64,000 nt of DNA from NCBI GenBank assembly GCA_002269645.1, contig NIVC01003542.1, positions 1 through 64,000 of the forward strand, read 5' to 3'. Source of the stretch: Macrostomum lignano (Eukaryota). Position 1 is the stretch's first letter. The number at the start of each line of letters is the position of its first letter. Position numbers and translations under genes: made by a program. Below, one piece after another: positions 24,313 through 38,829 of this stretch. The notes beneath the pieces are model-generated. The model was not told where the DNA came from. It saw nothing but the letters and a program-made list of their open reading frames with translations, and made no database searches.

Positions 24313-25077
24313 AGTGATCTGAGTGAATGAGGCGCTAAACTAAAATGGAGGGAATATAATTGCGCATTTTTTCTAGCAAAATTATTTGAAATTTACACGG
24401 CAATTAATTACACGCAGCAGCATGCCTTAAGAAGTCCATAAATCATGCCTTATTTTGCGATACATTTCCCCTATTGGACCTACTGTCACGATACATGTAT
24501 GATAGATATTGCAGACCTGAGCCGATACAAGTGATAGGCTCAAGTATAATTTTTTACACAGTATGCTTGCGCGTTAATTAATAATAAAGCATATACATAA
24601 ATCGCACAGCAAGCATTACCAATCTGGTGGGTGAGCCAAGGCCAACCACAGGGCCCATGCTTCACCAATCCCAGCTTATCCAATGAGACCCGACTCCCAC
24701 AGCTGTTCTCAGCCCAGTGGCAGTCAAATCAGCCTTTATACACTAATATGGGACTTTTATGGTTTGCACGCGAGATTAGCACAGACAGAACACGCGGCGA
24801 GAGAACGGCGGAAGAAGACAGCTATAGAAATCCTTGCTGGTATCTTGAACAGCAGAGTGCAAACTTCGACTATACATACATTCTAGCAACAGTCTGCCCC
24901 TGGACATTCATAACTACAGGTGCGTATCAACCCGAGTCTTTAGTTCTTAATCACCTCTCTTTCCCAAAAACACTGATAAGCTCTGACCCGTCCGAACTCC
25001 TATAATTAGCAGTGGCGCAAAAGACTATAGAGATATAGGATTTCATCTGTAATTGGATGGGGTGAAGCATCGGCTCT

Positions 25078-25482
25078 CTCTCACAGCTGACCCTTCACTC
25101 TCACAGGGGGAGTCAGCTGACCCTTCACTTTCTCACAGGGGGAGTCAGCTGACCCTTCACTCTCTCACAGGGGGAGTCAGCTGACCCTTCACTTTCTCAC
25201 AGGGGAGTTATACTTTGACCCTTCATTCTCTCACAGGGGGAGTCACTTGACCCTTCACTCTCTCACAGGGGGAGTCAGCTGAACCTTCACTCTCTCACAG
25301 GGGGAGTCAGCTGAACCTTCACTCTCTCACAGAGGAGTTATAATTTGACCTTTCACTCTCACAGGGGAGTTATGCTTTGACCCTTCATTCTCTCACAGGG
25401 GGAGTCACTTGACCCTTCATTCTCTCACAGGGGGAGTCACTTGACCCTTCACTCTCTCACAGGGGAGTCAGTTGACCCTTCA
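25078..25482. repeat. Minisatellite, ~33-bp unit
   Basis: CTGACCCTTCACTCTCTCACAGGGGGAGTCAG variants; abuts SINE copy 2. Confidence 0.9.
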
Positions 25483-25726
25483 CGCAGCTATTGCTCGGCG
25501 CATCTGAAGGCTGCGTACGGCTGTTCAGTCCAAGGACTGGGGGGTCGCCATCACACACCCTCATTAACCCCAGCTAATGCTGGCACCCATTTTACCGCTG
25601 GGTGAACTGAAGCAATGCAGAGGTAAGGCCTTGCTCAAGGACACAGATAGTTCCGGGTTGGGTCGAGAATCGAACCCCCGACATTTCCGTCGTGAGTCAG
25701 ACGCTCTAACCACTAGGCTGCAATCC
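25483..25726 (-). mobile_element. tRNA-derived CORE-like SINE, copy 2 (3'-truncated)
   Basis: Same sequence as copy 1; the 3' tail is replaced by the adjacent minisatellite. Confidence 0.85.
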
Positions 25727-26412
25727 AGAATATCTACACACGCAGTCAGGCCAATTTGACGAAATGTTTTACAGCGGCTAGTCTGAGAATGCAGACGAAT
25801 ATTTGGCGAGGCGGAGGCTGCTCTGTGTATATAAAATAATCTCCTCCGACACTAATCCACCCATGTAATGCCCAGAACACAGCGCTTGTTACAAATGTAC
25901 AAAAATACTTTCATCCACTGCTGCCGCTGGTATCGGCTTAGCTACTGTCTCGCAACAAACTCTCTCACTCACTCTCTCTCTAGTTCCCATCATGAATATC
26001 TCACTGAGCTGGTGGTCGCAATTCTTGACGCCGTCCAGGCGTTAAGCGTCAACTGGGCTCAGTTGCTAATGAACTCTGTCTCCTCCCGGGTCCCGCCTCA
26101 GCGAGCTGCATGCTACAGTCTGGTGGTGGCTATAAAAAGACAAGGATGTGTGGAAATCCTCTGGGGAGGATTTGTATATCAAGCTATGATCTGCCACGAT
26201 CCTGCTAGCTTTACTATTTGTTTTTTTAAAAGAAATTTTCAGTGTATTTAACAGTTGTTTAACAGTGCCGTTTTTGGCACGAATTTGAAATTGCATTAAC
26301 TATAAGAGGAACTAATTAAAGAGGACTTAGAGTCAAATTGGAGCCTGAAACACTCGAACCCGGTTTCTCTACGCTAAATCCCTTCATTTGGAGCCAAATT
26401 GCTCGCGTTGCG

Positions 26413-26886
26413 CCTAAAACCGACCAATTTAGCATTTGGGGATCTCTATGGGGAGAAATGGGATGAATGGGATTTCGTGTGAACTTAAGGCTCCAAAAAG
26501 AAGCTTGAATCATTGGGTCCCGGTTTCTATTCATTTGGAGCTTCAAATGCCTAAATGACGAGATGTCAAGGAATAACTCTCTTTTTATGTGTTTGTATGA
26601 AGAATAGGAGCGATATAGTAAATGTTTTGTTATGCCCCCATAATGTTATCTTTTAATTTTGTTCAAATTATCCTAAAGGTGCATGCCCTGAATCTCATGT
26701 AACTTACGTCCAGGTTTTCGTACAATGTTTCATAAATGGCTGAATAACTAGAGGATTCTGAAAAAAAACACAATGAGAACATATTAAACTCAAAATAACA
26801 TAGGAAGGTTTCCGATCACATGAAATACCCATTTATCCCATTTCTCCCCATAGAGATCCCCAAGTGCTAAAGTGGTCGGTTTTAAG
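26413..26886. repeat. ~70-bp inverted repeat pair (MITE-like remnant)
   Basis: 26413-26482 (CCTAAAACCGACCAATTTAGCATTTGGGGATCTCTATGGGGAGAAATGGG...) is the near reverse complement of 26816-26886. Confidence 0.7.
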
Positions 26887-27872
26887 CATAAAACCTTCCG
26901 ACTTTTAATTGCTGTTAATTGAGGCAGTTCTGTCCATTCCGCAGACTCCTGAGCATCATACAAGCGCATCAATACTGTACGCAGGCCCGCACTCCTGCAC
27001 ACGCTCACACATGCAGGGTGTGTACAGCGGTGCCCAATTGAATTGTGGCCGCTCACGGAATCAAACCATTAGGATCGTAGCGCGATAGTCAGGTGCGTTT
27101 TACCTCTGAGCTGGTCCGGCCCCTATACATAATTATGATAGAATGACAATAAAATCGCATGAACATATGTACACGAACATACATGACTGATACATGAACA
27201 GGCACCTAGTATGGGGAAATGATAATCCCATAAGAATGGATGAACAACTCGAACAACTGGGCATTGTCCAGCTATTAAACAACAACTCTGAAAGTAAGAA
27301 GCCTGCATGGGGGCTTACAGCAGCATTACTGGCTACAAGCAGAGGCAGCAGCTGAAGAATAGAGGCCCTGTAGAGAGCGCTCTGGTGCACAAGGAAAAAC
27401 TTTTAGTAGCTTATACTTCTTTCTCTTCGCTGCATTCTGGCATGGGAAAGTGTCCCAACAGTTGCAGTAGTTAGCTGCATAGCTTAGTATATTTAGAGAG
27501 GCCGGACCATCTCACAGCCTTCGCAGTGCAAAAAGGAAGCAGCTGCTTCACTGTCAGCAACTATAGCAAGGCCCAATACTCCCTTTTAGTGCTCAGCTGC
27601 CAATGTCTACTTGTTTAACTGAGTGGAACCTCTATGCGTGTTTGAGTCGTTCCCTTCTTCCCTCGTGCAGCCGCGGGCATCAACACTCTTGCCGGTATAT
27701 AGCTTAAGCAGGTTGCCACGGTCCCTTTTTTGGATAATCTAGACCGGTAGCACCTAACCTCATCCTCAATCCCAAAATCTCACCGTCTGCAGAGATCGGG
27801 AAAGCCTAAAAAGCTTAAAATTAAATTAAATAATATATTAAATATTAAATTTTTTTAATTTATTTTATATTA

Positions 27873-28102
27873 AATTAAAGCTTAAAACAAACTGTATGCT
27901 TCAAATTTATTTAATTGCTACTCCAAAAGAGTAAATTAAAGTTTAAAACGAACTGTACGCTTCAAATTTGTTTAATTGCTACTAAAAAAGATTAAATTAA
28001 AGCTTAAAACAAACTGTATGCTTCAAATTTGTTTAATTGCTACTCCAAAAGAGTAAATTAAAGTTTAAAACGAACTGTACGCTTCAAATTTGTTTAATTG
28101 CT
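27873..28102. repeat. AT-rich tandem repeat, ~59-bp unit x ~4
   Basis: TTAAAGCTTAAAACAAACTGTATGCTTCAAATTTGTTTAATTGCTACTCCAAAAGAGTAAA variants. Confidence 0.85.
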
Positions 28103-29651
28103 GATCTGAGAGCAAATCAAATGAGAGGTACAGATAAGGAAACTATATTAATCGTATCGCTGGTGCATTTAATATGCTGTAGCTACATGTAGAACGCATC
28201 GCGCTGAATGGGGTTTTTCCATAGACAAACGTTCATTTCTCTTTTCTTAGAAAATCAAATGCAGTGGCCATCTATTCAAGTTGTCCATGGATGCTAGACA
28301 CACATTTAATATAGTTTTGCACTTTTTATTCCATACCAAAACAGTTTCCCATTTTCTGATGCTTTCCTGGGTCTCTCTAATCTGGCTATGGGATCCGTGC
28401 TGCCGCTTATGGTACTTGGAGAACGGGGACTGCGCAAGTGGATGCCGCCACTTCCGGGTTCCGCTGTCGCCTCCTTCCCCCCGGCCATGCCGTGAGCACA
28501 AAAGTTCCAAGTGACCTAGACATATTTCTCTAACGTTATTAGGGTGTGCCAGTTTAAGTATAATTGAGCATCCATCGGCTGAGGCGTAGAACAAGGATAT
28601 CTGAGATCAAAAACTTGGATTGGAAGCACTAAATTTTAATGATAGTATTGTAGAAAATTTTCGTCGATCATAGGTATATACATGTAAATAAGGTATCCAT
28701 TAGCCAAACCCCCAAGCATGGACTTTTAAACAAGCGAAGGACTTGGACTAGAAGGATTCCCTAGAAGCATTTTCAAGTTAAGCAGAGTTGGCTGCGGTTA
28801 GTCTTAAAATTCCATTGGGTTTTTCAATCCAGTCAGGTTACGAATCCAGGGGTGTGTTTTCAGTAGTCCCTGAACCACTTCATGTTTCCAATCCAGAGTC
28901 TAGTCGAGATCGCCTCGACTACGGCTTAAAAAAGAGTTTTTGTCACAAGCTGTTTTCTTTTATTCATCCATTTTGCCTCTTGTGTGCAGCCCCGGGGCCT
29001 TTGTGAATGTCTCCGCCATCAGCCAGCCTCCTCAGCCCCAGGAACCGGTCCATGCAGCATCCCCTCCAGAGCCGCCATCAATAAATAGAATTTACATTGG
29101 GCATTATTCATTTTGTTGTTGAGGATGCAGGATCCAGGAACATGGATAGCTCTGTCTGGGATTTCAATTGAATGAGCGGAAGCTTCATCTACTCCCATTT
29201 TCGAAAGTGAGGAATCAGGGATTGAATTTGTGTGACGTTGTGACAATTGATCTGAAGGGTGACTCTATTTTAAGTGACAAGTGTGCCAGGAGTGTCGAAT
29301 TCGGAGTGAAAATGGGTCGGGAGTGATGATAGATTTAGAGTGACAATGGGTAGGGATCAATGCATTACGAGTGAAAATGAAAATGGGTCGGGAGTGATCC
29401 ATTACGAGTGAAAATGGGTTGGTATTGTTGAATTTGGAGTGACAGTGGGTCGGAAATGTTCGTAGTGGGAGTGTTCGGAGTGACAATGGATCGCAAGTGT
29501 TCGGAGTGACAACGGGTCTGGAGTGTTGAATTCAGAGTGACAATGGGTTGAATTCGAAGTGACAATGGGACGGGAGTGACTTTGGCTATTTAGAAGAAAG
29601 AACTATGCAAGAAACCCAACAGTGTAATTTCTCTCTACTAAACCATCAGTA

Positions 29652-29960
29652 GGGATTGTATTCTAGTGGTTAGAGCGTCGGACTCACGACTGGTAGGTCA
29701 GGGGTTCGATTCCTGACCCACCAGGAACAATTGGTGTCCTTGAACAAGTCACTTATAACCCTGCATTGCTGCAGCTCACCCAGTTGTAAAATGGGTGCCA
29801 TCATTAGCTGGGGTAATTGAGGGTGTGTGTGGCGACCCCCCAGTCCTTGGACTGAACAGCCGTACGCAGCCTTCAGATGCGCCGCGCAATAGCTGCGGCT
29901 GAGCTGTCGGTTGCACATCTGGCCATTAGGGCAGGTATAATCAATTATATTATTATTATT
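29652..29960 (+). mobile_element. tRNA-derived CORE-like SINE, copy 3 (full length)
   Basis: TAGTGGTTAGAGC (A box), GGTTCGATTCC (B box), CORE-like block, structured 3' region and (ATT)n tail. Confidence 0.88.
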
Positions 29961-31050
29961 ATATTAAACCATCACAGGAGGCCCCCACTGCGCTCCCATC
30001 GAGCCCTGGAATGTCTGCACAGACGGCCGCAGCAGCAGGTTAAATCAGGACTGCGCTCTCTGATCTGTGCAGTGCAGCTCAACTTATTCTTCAGTCATGG
30101 TGAGTTGACTTCTTGTCTCTGAGTATTTTTGTCTCTGAGATACCATTTTGCACTATTGCACTATTTGAGTATACTTTACTTTGTTTTGGAATTTGAGTCT
30201 TGCCTCAGTTTCTGACTTTTAAGTGCTCAAAAAATGGAATTAAGAATTTGCATATCAGTTTTGTTAGAAATAGACTGGGAAAGGGGTGTAGAGATCTACA
30301 TGTGGATGTCGTACTCGAATCGATCTTGCTGTCAGATCCTGTTAAAAGTGCGCACTTGTGACAGGCATCCTGTCTGTAAGACAATCTGGTCGAATACAGT
30401 GAAGAGGCAACCTAAGCTGATGGAGCGGACTTGCAAGAATAACCCATCCATGCACCTGTTGCTCAGCAGAGTTCCGACTACGCGGTTCCCTGATGAGAAG
30501 CTGATGAGGGCTACTTCAGCCTCTCTCTCTTCTCTGAGAGGCCTGTCTCCTCGTCATTTCAATTCACAAGTCCTTCCCATTGGGAATAATTTATGAGGAG
30601 TACACTTGGAAATATTATTTCTCAATGCATAATCAAAGCGCTCGGGTCCTGAAAACAGCAGCCGGCCCACCAAAGGTGAAACAAAAATCGTCAGAGAAAT
30701 CTTGACCAGTTCGAATTCGAAACTGCTAGAGCTGCACTGATAAACACAGCCAGCTTCGAATTTATCGAACTGGACCCGAATATCGATTGCTGTTCGCGCC
30801 TGAGCAGCCTCGATGGACTTAAGGGAGAGGGATGGGGCAGTGGAGTTTGAAGAGGCCGAATCTCCATCTCAAACTGCTCAGAATTGAGACGAAGAAGTGA
30901 AGAAGAGAGTCACTGATTGAGGAAATGCTGGATTTGAAGAGAAGTTTGCGAAGGAGCTGCCGTGACACTACGTGAGCTGGGGGACCTGCTCCAGACATGC
31001 CGAGGGTCAGTTGGAGCTGACTCGATCAGCCCAATCAGTGCGCCAGCCTG

Positions 31051-31662
<612 letters not shown>

Positions 31663-34018
31663 ATAGGAAATAGGAAATGAACAATCTAGTCTCATCCTGA
31701 TAAAAACGAATGTGACATCTTTATGCTTTCGTGATGGATGTGTTGGTTCTATCATCTTATAATCGCACTGTTGTCACCAAAGTTGTTAAAAAGGGTTTTT
31801 CTGTCTTTTATAAACTCAAACTGCCGACACTAAAGTTGTCACAGGCCTTTGCTTCAATCTCACTAATGCCACCAAGTTGTAACAGGCTTACAGGTTGTTA
31901 CTCTGAGTATATGTCTATGCATAATTCTGAGTATATATCTGGATATTTGTATTTGTGTTTCTTACTTCGTAGTGGTAGCGTCGCGTGGAATTTCTTACAT
32001 GTTTTTCTTAGAATAACTCTTCTTGTAAATCTCTCAGTTACCATGATTACCATGATTAGAGGATCACGGTCTTAATACTGTATATGTTTTTCCGAGATCT
32101 ACTTCGTTTCACTTCCATATCTTTAGTATTCTGCGTTCTAATTACAGTATTAAGATTTCCAAGTACTTAAAAGCAGTTGAAAAAGAATTGAAAAGAGTTT
32201 GCGTCTACTTATACTACATGTATTGGGGGAGAACCTAAGTCAATATTAATTTTGAGAACTAGATTATTTAATATGATTTAATTTAATTTAAATGCCATTG
32301 TTTAACGTCGCCAGATTAAAACAAATTACTTGAATATTATTATAGACTGTCAGGACATAAAATTTATTTACAAAAACTATTACTATAAGTAGCACTCGCA
32401 AACTTTATTTATCGATACGATGTGACATTTGCAACAGCCTACTCAGCAGTAGTGCGATCGAAGAGTGCAATTAATTTGTGAGGCAATCCGCTGTGTTTGG
32501 AATTTTGCAACTCCTCTTCTTGTCAACAGAATTTTTCGTCGCACATTATTTACCGACAACTTTATTCGAGTTTGGCAGATATACTCGTAGACGAGTGCCT
32601 AATGGCACAGCACTCCCAGATCCTCTTTTCCTTATTGAATGCTTGGTTGAAAATTTAATTCTCCCAAATTACTCTCAGCTTCGCTTTTCGGTTTATCGTC
32701 CCGTCTATATTATCCCATTTCCAATGAGTTCTTCAGCAGGCCAGCCATCTGCTCCGCATTTCCTTCTCTGCTCACACTTCTGGAGCTGCGGTCTCAGATG
32801 GGGGAAGATTATCTTTAGGGAGGCTGCCACCACAGCGAGTGTCTCCACCCGATATTCATACATGCTCCTCTTCTCGGGGCGCCTCAATTTCATTCCGCTG
32901 CTAGCAACTTCTCCGCCGCACAGTAGCGGCCTCCCAAATCCCCACTTATAGGGATTCCCCCGCCATGCGTAGCTTCTTCTTCCATCTGGCGGGAGCGACC
33001 TCTTTGCCCGCCAACCACACTTCCCCCGCGCGTCTTCCTCATGCAGGCTCATGTTAGTCCAAGGCTGGCGCGGGTGGCGGCCCTCCCCCATAGCCAATTC
33101 CCCCCCAGCCATTCCCTTCGCCACTTTCCAAGAAACCATCGCGGTACTATGGCTGGCACCGTGGCATTGTGTGCTCAACAACTGCAAATTTACTTGCAAG
33201 CCATTCTGCCAGCCCAGTTGGCTTCATCGGCATCTGCACGCGTGTATAACCACCCCCCCCCCCTGCCCCCAGCACCCACGGTCACCCCGTTTTTATGGTA
33301 TTTGACGACAGCCGCCTCTGCTAATCCCCACGGCGGGAGCCCCGGTCCCTCTCTCTTGCTCGTCTCCTCTCTCAGCCCGCGCTCTCTCTCTACTGCTTTC
33401 CCATATTCTCCCTTCTCCCCTTCATGCTCCCTCCCCTTTCTCGTCCCGCCTGCGGCCTCCTGTTTTGGTTCGACCGCCTGGCCACTGGAGAAATAATACG
33501 CCCCCCCTCCCAGCCTCCCACCTCCCGAGTCCGGAGCCTCATCCCACAGCCCCCGGGGGCTCGAATGCGAGATGCGAGAAACCAAAAAGCTTCCAAAGTG
33601 AGCGCCAACCCCCCCATAGCTTCTTCTTCCTCTGCACTGCCGATTTCTATTCCTCTCCAACTCTTTTCTTTATTTGCCGAGACTTCGGACAGGCAATCCA
33701 AAGACTGGGGACGTTTTTGTCCGATTCGAACCCTCCGCCGCCCCACTCCGCTCGACCGTGCGCTCAGCGCGCCTCTGGCACAAACCGGCACGTGCCGCGC
33801 GATCGCACGTGGACAAGACAGGGAGCTCCTCTCAGTTTGAATGAAATAAATCAGGCATAAATAAAGTGTAGCAGCGGCTGCACTGCACTATCGCCCAGAA
33901 AACTTGCTTGTCGAGCGTTCGACGCCGGCCCTGGAGGCAAATCTGGCAGGTGCTGCACAGGTGAGACCGCAAGGCTTTATAATAAGACAAGATCGTAAAT
34001 TTTGATTTTGACCCAGGT

Positions 34019-34128
34019 CAGGGGTTGGCAAACTAAATAACAAAGATGCTTTAAGGATGGTTTCAGAGTTTCAAAGGACCCGAGAGCCGGATAGAGAGGT
34101 TTAGCGGGCCGGAGTTTGCCGACCCCTA
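34019..34128. mobile_element. Small hAT-type MITE remnant
   Basis: 16-bp TIRs CAGGGGTTGGCAAACT / AGTTTGCCGACCCCTA; no matching 8-bp TSD seen. Confidence 0.5.
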
Positions 34129-34144
34129 GCTTAAGTCGCAAGAA

Positions 34145-35432
34145 ATAAGAACCTAGACTCAGTCAGACACAAAGACCTAGAATCAGTCGGACACACAGAC
34201 CTAGAATCGGTCAGACACACAGACCCAGAATCGGTCAGACACAAAGACCTAGAATCGGTCAGACACAAAGACCCAGAATCGGTCAGACACACAGACCTAG
34301 AATCGGTCAGACACACAGACCTAGAATCGGTCAGACACACAGACCTAGAATCGGTCAGACACACAGACCTAGAATCGGTCAGACACAAAGACCTAGAATC
34401 GGTCAGACACACAGACCTAGAATCAGTCAGACACACAGACCTAGAATCGGTCAGACACAGACCTAGAATCGGTCAGACACACAGACCCAGAATCGGTCAG
34501 ACACACAGACCTAGAATCGGTCAGACACACAGACCTAGATTCAGTCAGACACAAAGACCTAGAATCGGTCAGACACACAGACCCAGAATCGGTCAGACAC
34601 ACAGACCCAGAATCGGTCAGACACACAGACCTAGAATCGGTCAGACACACAGACCCAGAATCGGTCAGACACACAGACCTAGAATCGGTCAGACACACAG
34701 ACCCAGAATCGGTCAGACACACAGACCTAGAATCGGTCAGACACAGACCTAGAATCGGTCAGACACACAGACCCAGAATCGGTCAGACACACAGACCCAG
34801 AATCGGTCAGACACAAAGACAAGACCTAGAATCGGTCAGACACACAGACCCAGAATCGGTCAGACACAAAGACAAGACCTAGAATCGGTCAGACACACAG
34901 ACCTAGAATCGGTCAGACACAAAGTCCTAGAATCGGTCAGACACACAGACCTAGAATCGGTCAGACACACAGACCTAGAATCGGTCAGACACACAGACCC
35001 AGAATCGGTCAGACACAAAGACCTAGAATCAGTCAGACACAAAGACCTAGAATCGGTCAGACACACAGACCTAGACTCAGTCAGACACAAAGACCTAGAA
35101 TCGGTCAGACACACAGACCTAGATTCAGTCAGACACAAAGACCTAGACTCAGTCAGACACAAAGACCTAGACTCAGTCAGACACAAAGACCTAGAATCAG
35201 TCAGACACACAGACCTAGAATCGATCAGACACAAAGACCTAGACTCAGTCAGACACAAAGACCTAGAATCGATCAGACACACAGACCTAGACTCAGTCAG
35301 ACACAAAGACCTAGAATCAGTCAGACACAAAGACCTAGAATCGATCAGACACAAAGACCTAGACTCAGTCAGACACAAAGACCTAGAATCGATCAGACAC
35401 ACAGACCTAGACTCAGTCAGACACAAAGACCT
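34145..35432. repeat. Minisatellite, 24-bp unit
   Basis: CAGACACACAGACCTAGAATCGGT x ~50. Confidence 0.95.
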
Positions 35433-35498
35433 AGAATTTACCTACACACCTACCTAGAGACCTAGACAAAGACCTATCCATCCCCCCAAGGCGTCGGC

Positions 35499-35984
35499 AT
35501 GCTCGACGACTCAGTGAACGACGTCGCTGGGGTAAGCGCCGTGGCTGCGATGGGGCTGATTTGGCACCGGCGCCGGGAGGCGGAGCGGCGCCGCCAGTCA
35601 GTGATGGTGATGGGGACGCCACTTGAGTCGCGCCGGAATTCCGCTCTGCGCGAGAGCCTCCGGGTTCGCCGGAAAAGCTGGGACGATCGCCTCACTGCGG
35701 CGGCGGCGTCGGCGGCGGCGGCAGCGGCGGACGCCAGTCCAATGGCCCGATTTCAATTCAACCCGCCGCTGTCCGCTTCCGCGACGCACGTCCTTGAAGC
35801 TGGCTCCGCCTCTGCCTCAGCTGGCGTCGCCGCCGATGCTTCGTCCGAGGACTGGCACGAAAGCTCGCCAGGATCCTCCATCATCACGACAACGGCCGAC
35901 GGGTTTAGAAAGATTCGTCACACGCGGCCGAAATGCATCCTGCGGAATGCCGACTGCCACCTGACGCCTTGCCGCTGCGCCGAG
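35499..35984 (+). CDS. Probable first coding exon (low-complexity Ala/Ser/Arg-rich N-terminus); possibly an alternative 5' end of PATJ
   Basis: GC-rich open frame MLDDSVNDV...CHLTPCRCAE between acceptor ccccccaag| (35490) and strong donor gag|GTGAGT (35985). An upstream donor cag|GTGAGA at 33961 suggests a 5' UTR exon. Confidence 0.55.
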
Positions 35985-36059
35985 GTGAGTCCGTCCAGGG
36001 TTGTCAGCGGGGCTTCGAAGCCAGCGACGACTCTGGTGGCGGCACTGATCATCTATTGC

Positions 36060-36540
36060 GGCATCTCTATCCCGAATGTGGCATCTCTATCCCGAATGTG
36101 GCGCCTCTATCCCGAATTTGGCATCTCTATCCCGAATTTGGCATCTCTATCCCGAATGTGGCGCCTCTATCCCGAATTTGGCATCTCTATCCCGAATTTG
36201 GCATCTCTATCCCGAATGTGGCATCTCTATCCCGAATTTGGCATCTCTATCCCGAATTTGGCATCTCTATCCCGAATGTGGCGCCTCTATCCCGAATGTG
36301 GCGCCTCTATCCCGAATTTGGCATCTCTATCCCGAATGTGGCGCCTCTATCCCGAATGTGGCGCCTCTATCCCGAATGTGGCGCCTCTATCCCGAATGTG
36401 GCGCCTCTATCCCGAATGTGGCGCCTCTATCCCGAATGTGGCGCCTCTATCCCGAATGTGGCGCCTCTATCCCGAATGTGGCGCCTCTATCCCGAATGTG
36501 GCGCTTCTATCCCGAATGTGGCGCCTCTATCCTGAATGTG
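36060..36540. repeat. Minisatellite, 20-bp unit
   Basis: GCGCCTCTATCCCGAATGTG x ~24. Confidence 0.95.
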
Positions 36541-37152
36541 ATGCCTCCATCCAGAATGTGACTATAAGACTCAGACTTTAGATACTGTGGCTTGAAGACC
36601 CCATGTCTCACCTGGACCCTCAAATAGGGCAAACTGCCAGGCGTGGCCAGGAAAGAGATTATTTTTTTCGACTGTTGCCATGCACTTTAGAGTCCACCAG
36701 CGGCGTCTAAATCTGGCTCGCTCACCCAGTCTCTCTCTACCCCAGCTGCCCCCCTGGGAGCCACCCTTGCCCTCTCCGTGTTCGTTAAAATGAAAGCTTA
36801 ATTGGCAGGCCAGGAAGACTTAAAAAACTGAAGTGAGAGGGAGATGAGGGGTGTAAGGGAAGAGAGAAAGAGATGAAAATGCTCGAACTCGAGAGGATGA
36901 AGATTGAGAAAGTGTGGCGGTCTGGTGAGAGCGGCTTCAACTGCGCTTCCTGCGCGCAGTCAACAGAATCTGCTGGCTGGATATTTTTTAGCAAGGAACT
37001 CTTCTAGAAGAAAATGGCAACAACGATATAGCGACGCAGCGCAAGTTTGTAGTGGGGTGGTAAAGCTCTAAACCTCTTACTAAAGTCCCGTGTTCGATTC
37101 CAGTGGCGTAGCCAAACTAATTAGGGGTTCACACTTTGAAACTTAATATTGT

Positions 37153-37619
<467 letters not shown>

Positions 37620-38829
37620 CTAGTCAAAGTGGGGCAGAAACGTTAGAGCCGGACGGTACTGCTGAGCCAGTCCGGCCTCTCGTCCTCGCTGGCTGCTGGG
37701 ACGAACGAATTAATTTAAAAAAAACATTTTACAGGACCGTGTCGGTTTTCCATCAGCTACTTTACTCAGAAATATGTTAGTCCATATTTCTAACCTGGGT
37801 CTTTACTAGCAAAGCCGCCGTCCGCTCGGCCTCCGAGGCGGGCCCAGCGGCACTCACTATAACTTTAATCCTGACGGGCCAAAGCCAAAGCTTTCAGCCT
37901 CAGCGCCTCATCGCCGCCCTATACTCTCCATCGCGGCTCTTTCTGATTCAGTCTTCTGGCCTTCCCCTTCTTCTTCTTTTCCTTCTGAGCAGCAGATGGA
38001 CGGGAGCTGTAAATGCTTGGCCAGAGAAAATATATAGAAAATGCTGAACTGCATCAGCGGTTTCCTTTGCGGAAAGATGGCGAGGGGAGAGGGGACGGAG
38101 GAGGCTGGGTGAGACGGAGTCAGAACGGAAAGAGAGTCAGAGAGAGAATTCGATCAGCCCGGCATGCCACGGAGCGCTTTCGGCTAGCGCGATTCGGTCA
38201 GCTTTGAGTCCAAACGATTCCCAGGTAATTAATTCCCCTTGGCAACGCGGATGTGAAGGAGAAGAGATTATGACTGAGCCGCCATTCCCCACCCCAGCTG
38301 AGCGCTCGCAAACAAATTCGAACTGATGGGAGAATATCCCTTTCTTTGCTTTCCTGCTCGGGGTTGGGGGGGGTTAAAATGGCACAAACCGTCTCTGATT
38401 GACGTCTCGACTTCTAACCTTCCTTAGAGCGGAAGTAGGAAGACTTCCCTGACTGAACTGCTTCCGATGGGAAGCTGGGAGGCTCTCCGACCTCCAGCAT
38501 CTGTTTGCTCCCCGTCTCTCGTCTCCCGTCCCATGCTCGCACTTCTCTCCACACTCCAGTACCGATGCCGCACCGCAGCCTAGGGCATGCCTGTGTTCAT
38601 TCTCATTTTTCGTGTTCGTGCGGTGCGATGTACTCCGAAGTACTTCTAGAGGTTTGCTTATTCCGCAATCTTGCACCCATCATTCAAGTCAGTGGAGTCC
38701 AAGATAATTGAGACATTCCTTGTCGACAACAGTGTCAAGCACTTCATTGATTTCATGGACTTCGATGGTTATGTGCTTCATCATCAGCTTGTTGGAACCT
38801 TCAGGACCTTCAACGCGATGTTTTAGTAG

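Noticed and set aside
24683-24886. bHLH basic-region-like peptide (HAARERRKK)
   Set aside because: Only a short motif; helix spacing is not convincing and no consistent exon structure was found.
29652-29725. tRNA gene
   Set aside because: The A and B boxes continue into the SINE body without a proper acceptor stem or terminator; treated as a SINE head.
30490-30530. Hammerhead ribozyme core (CTGATGAG followed by a GGCT/AGCC stem)
   Set aside because: The required GAAA after stem II is absent and no stems I/III were found.
32480-33860. Several overlapping 130-165 aa ORFs in a CpG-rich segment
   Set aside because: No recognisable domain on either strand; more likely promoter/5' UTR sequence for the exon ending at 33960.
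38640-38825. LINE reverse-transcriptase fragment (..ECLNYLG..)
   Set aside because: A single weak motif with stops; insufficient support.
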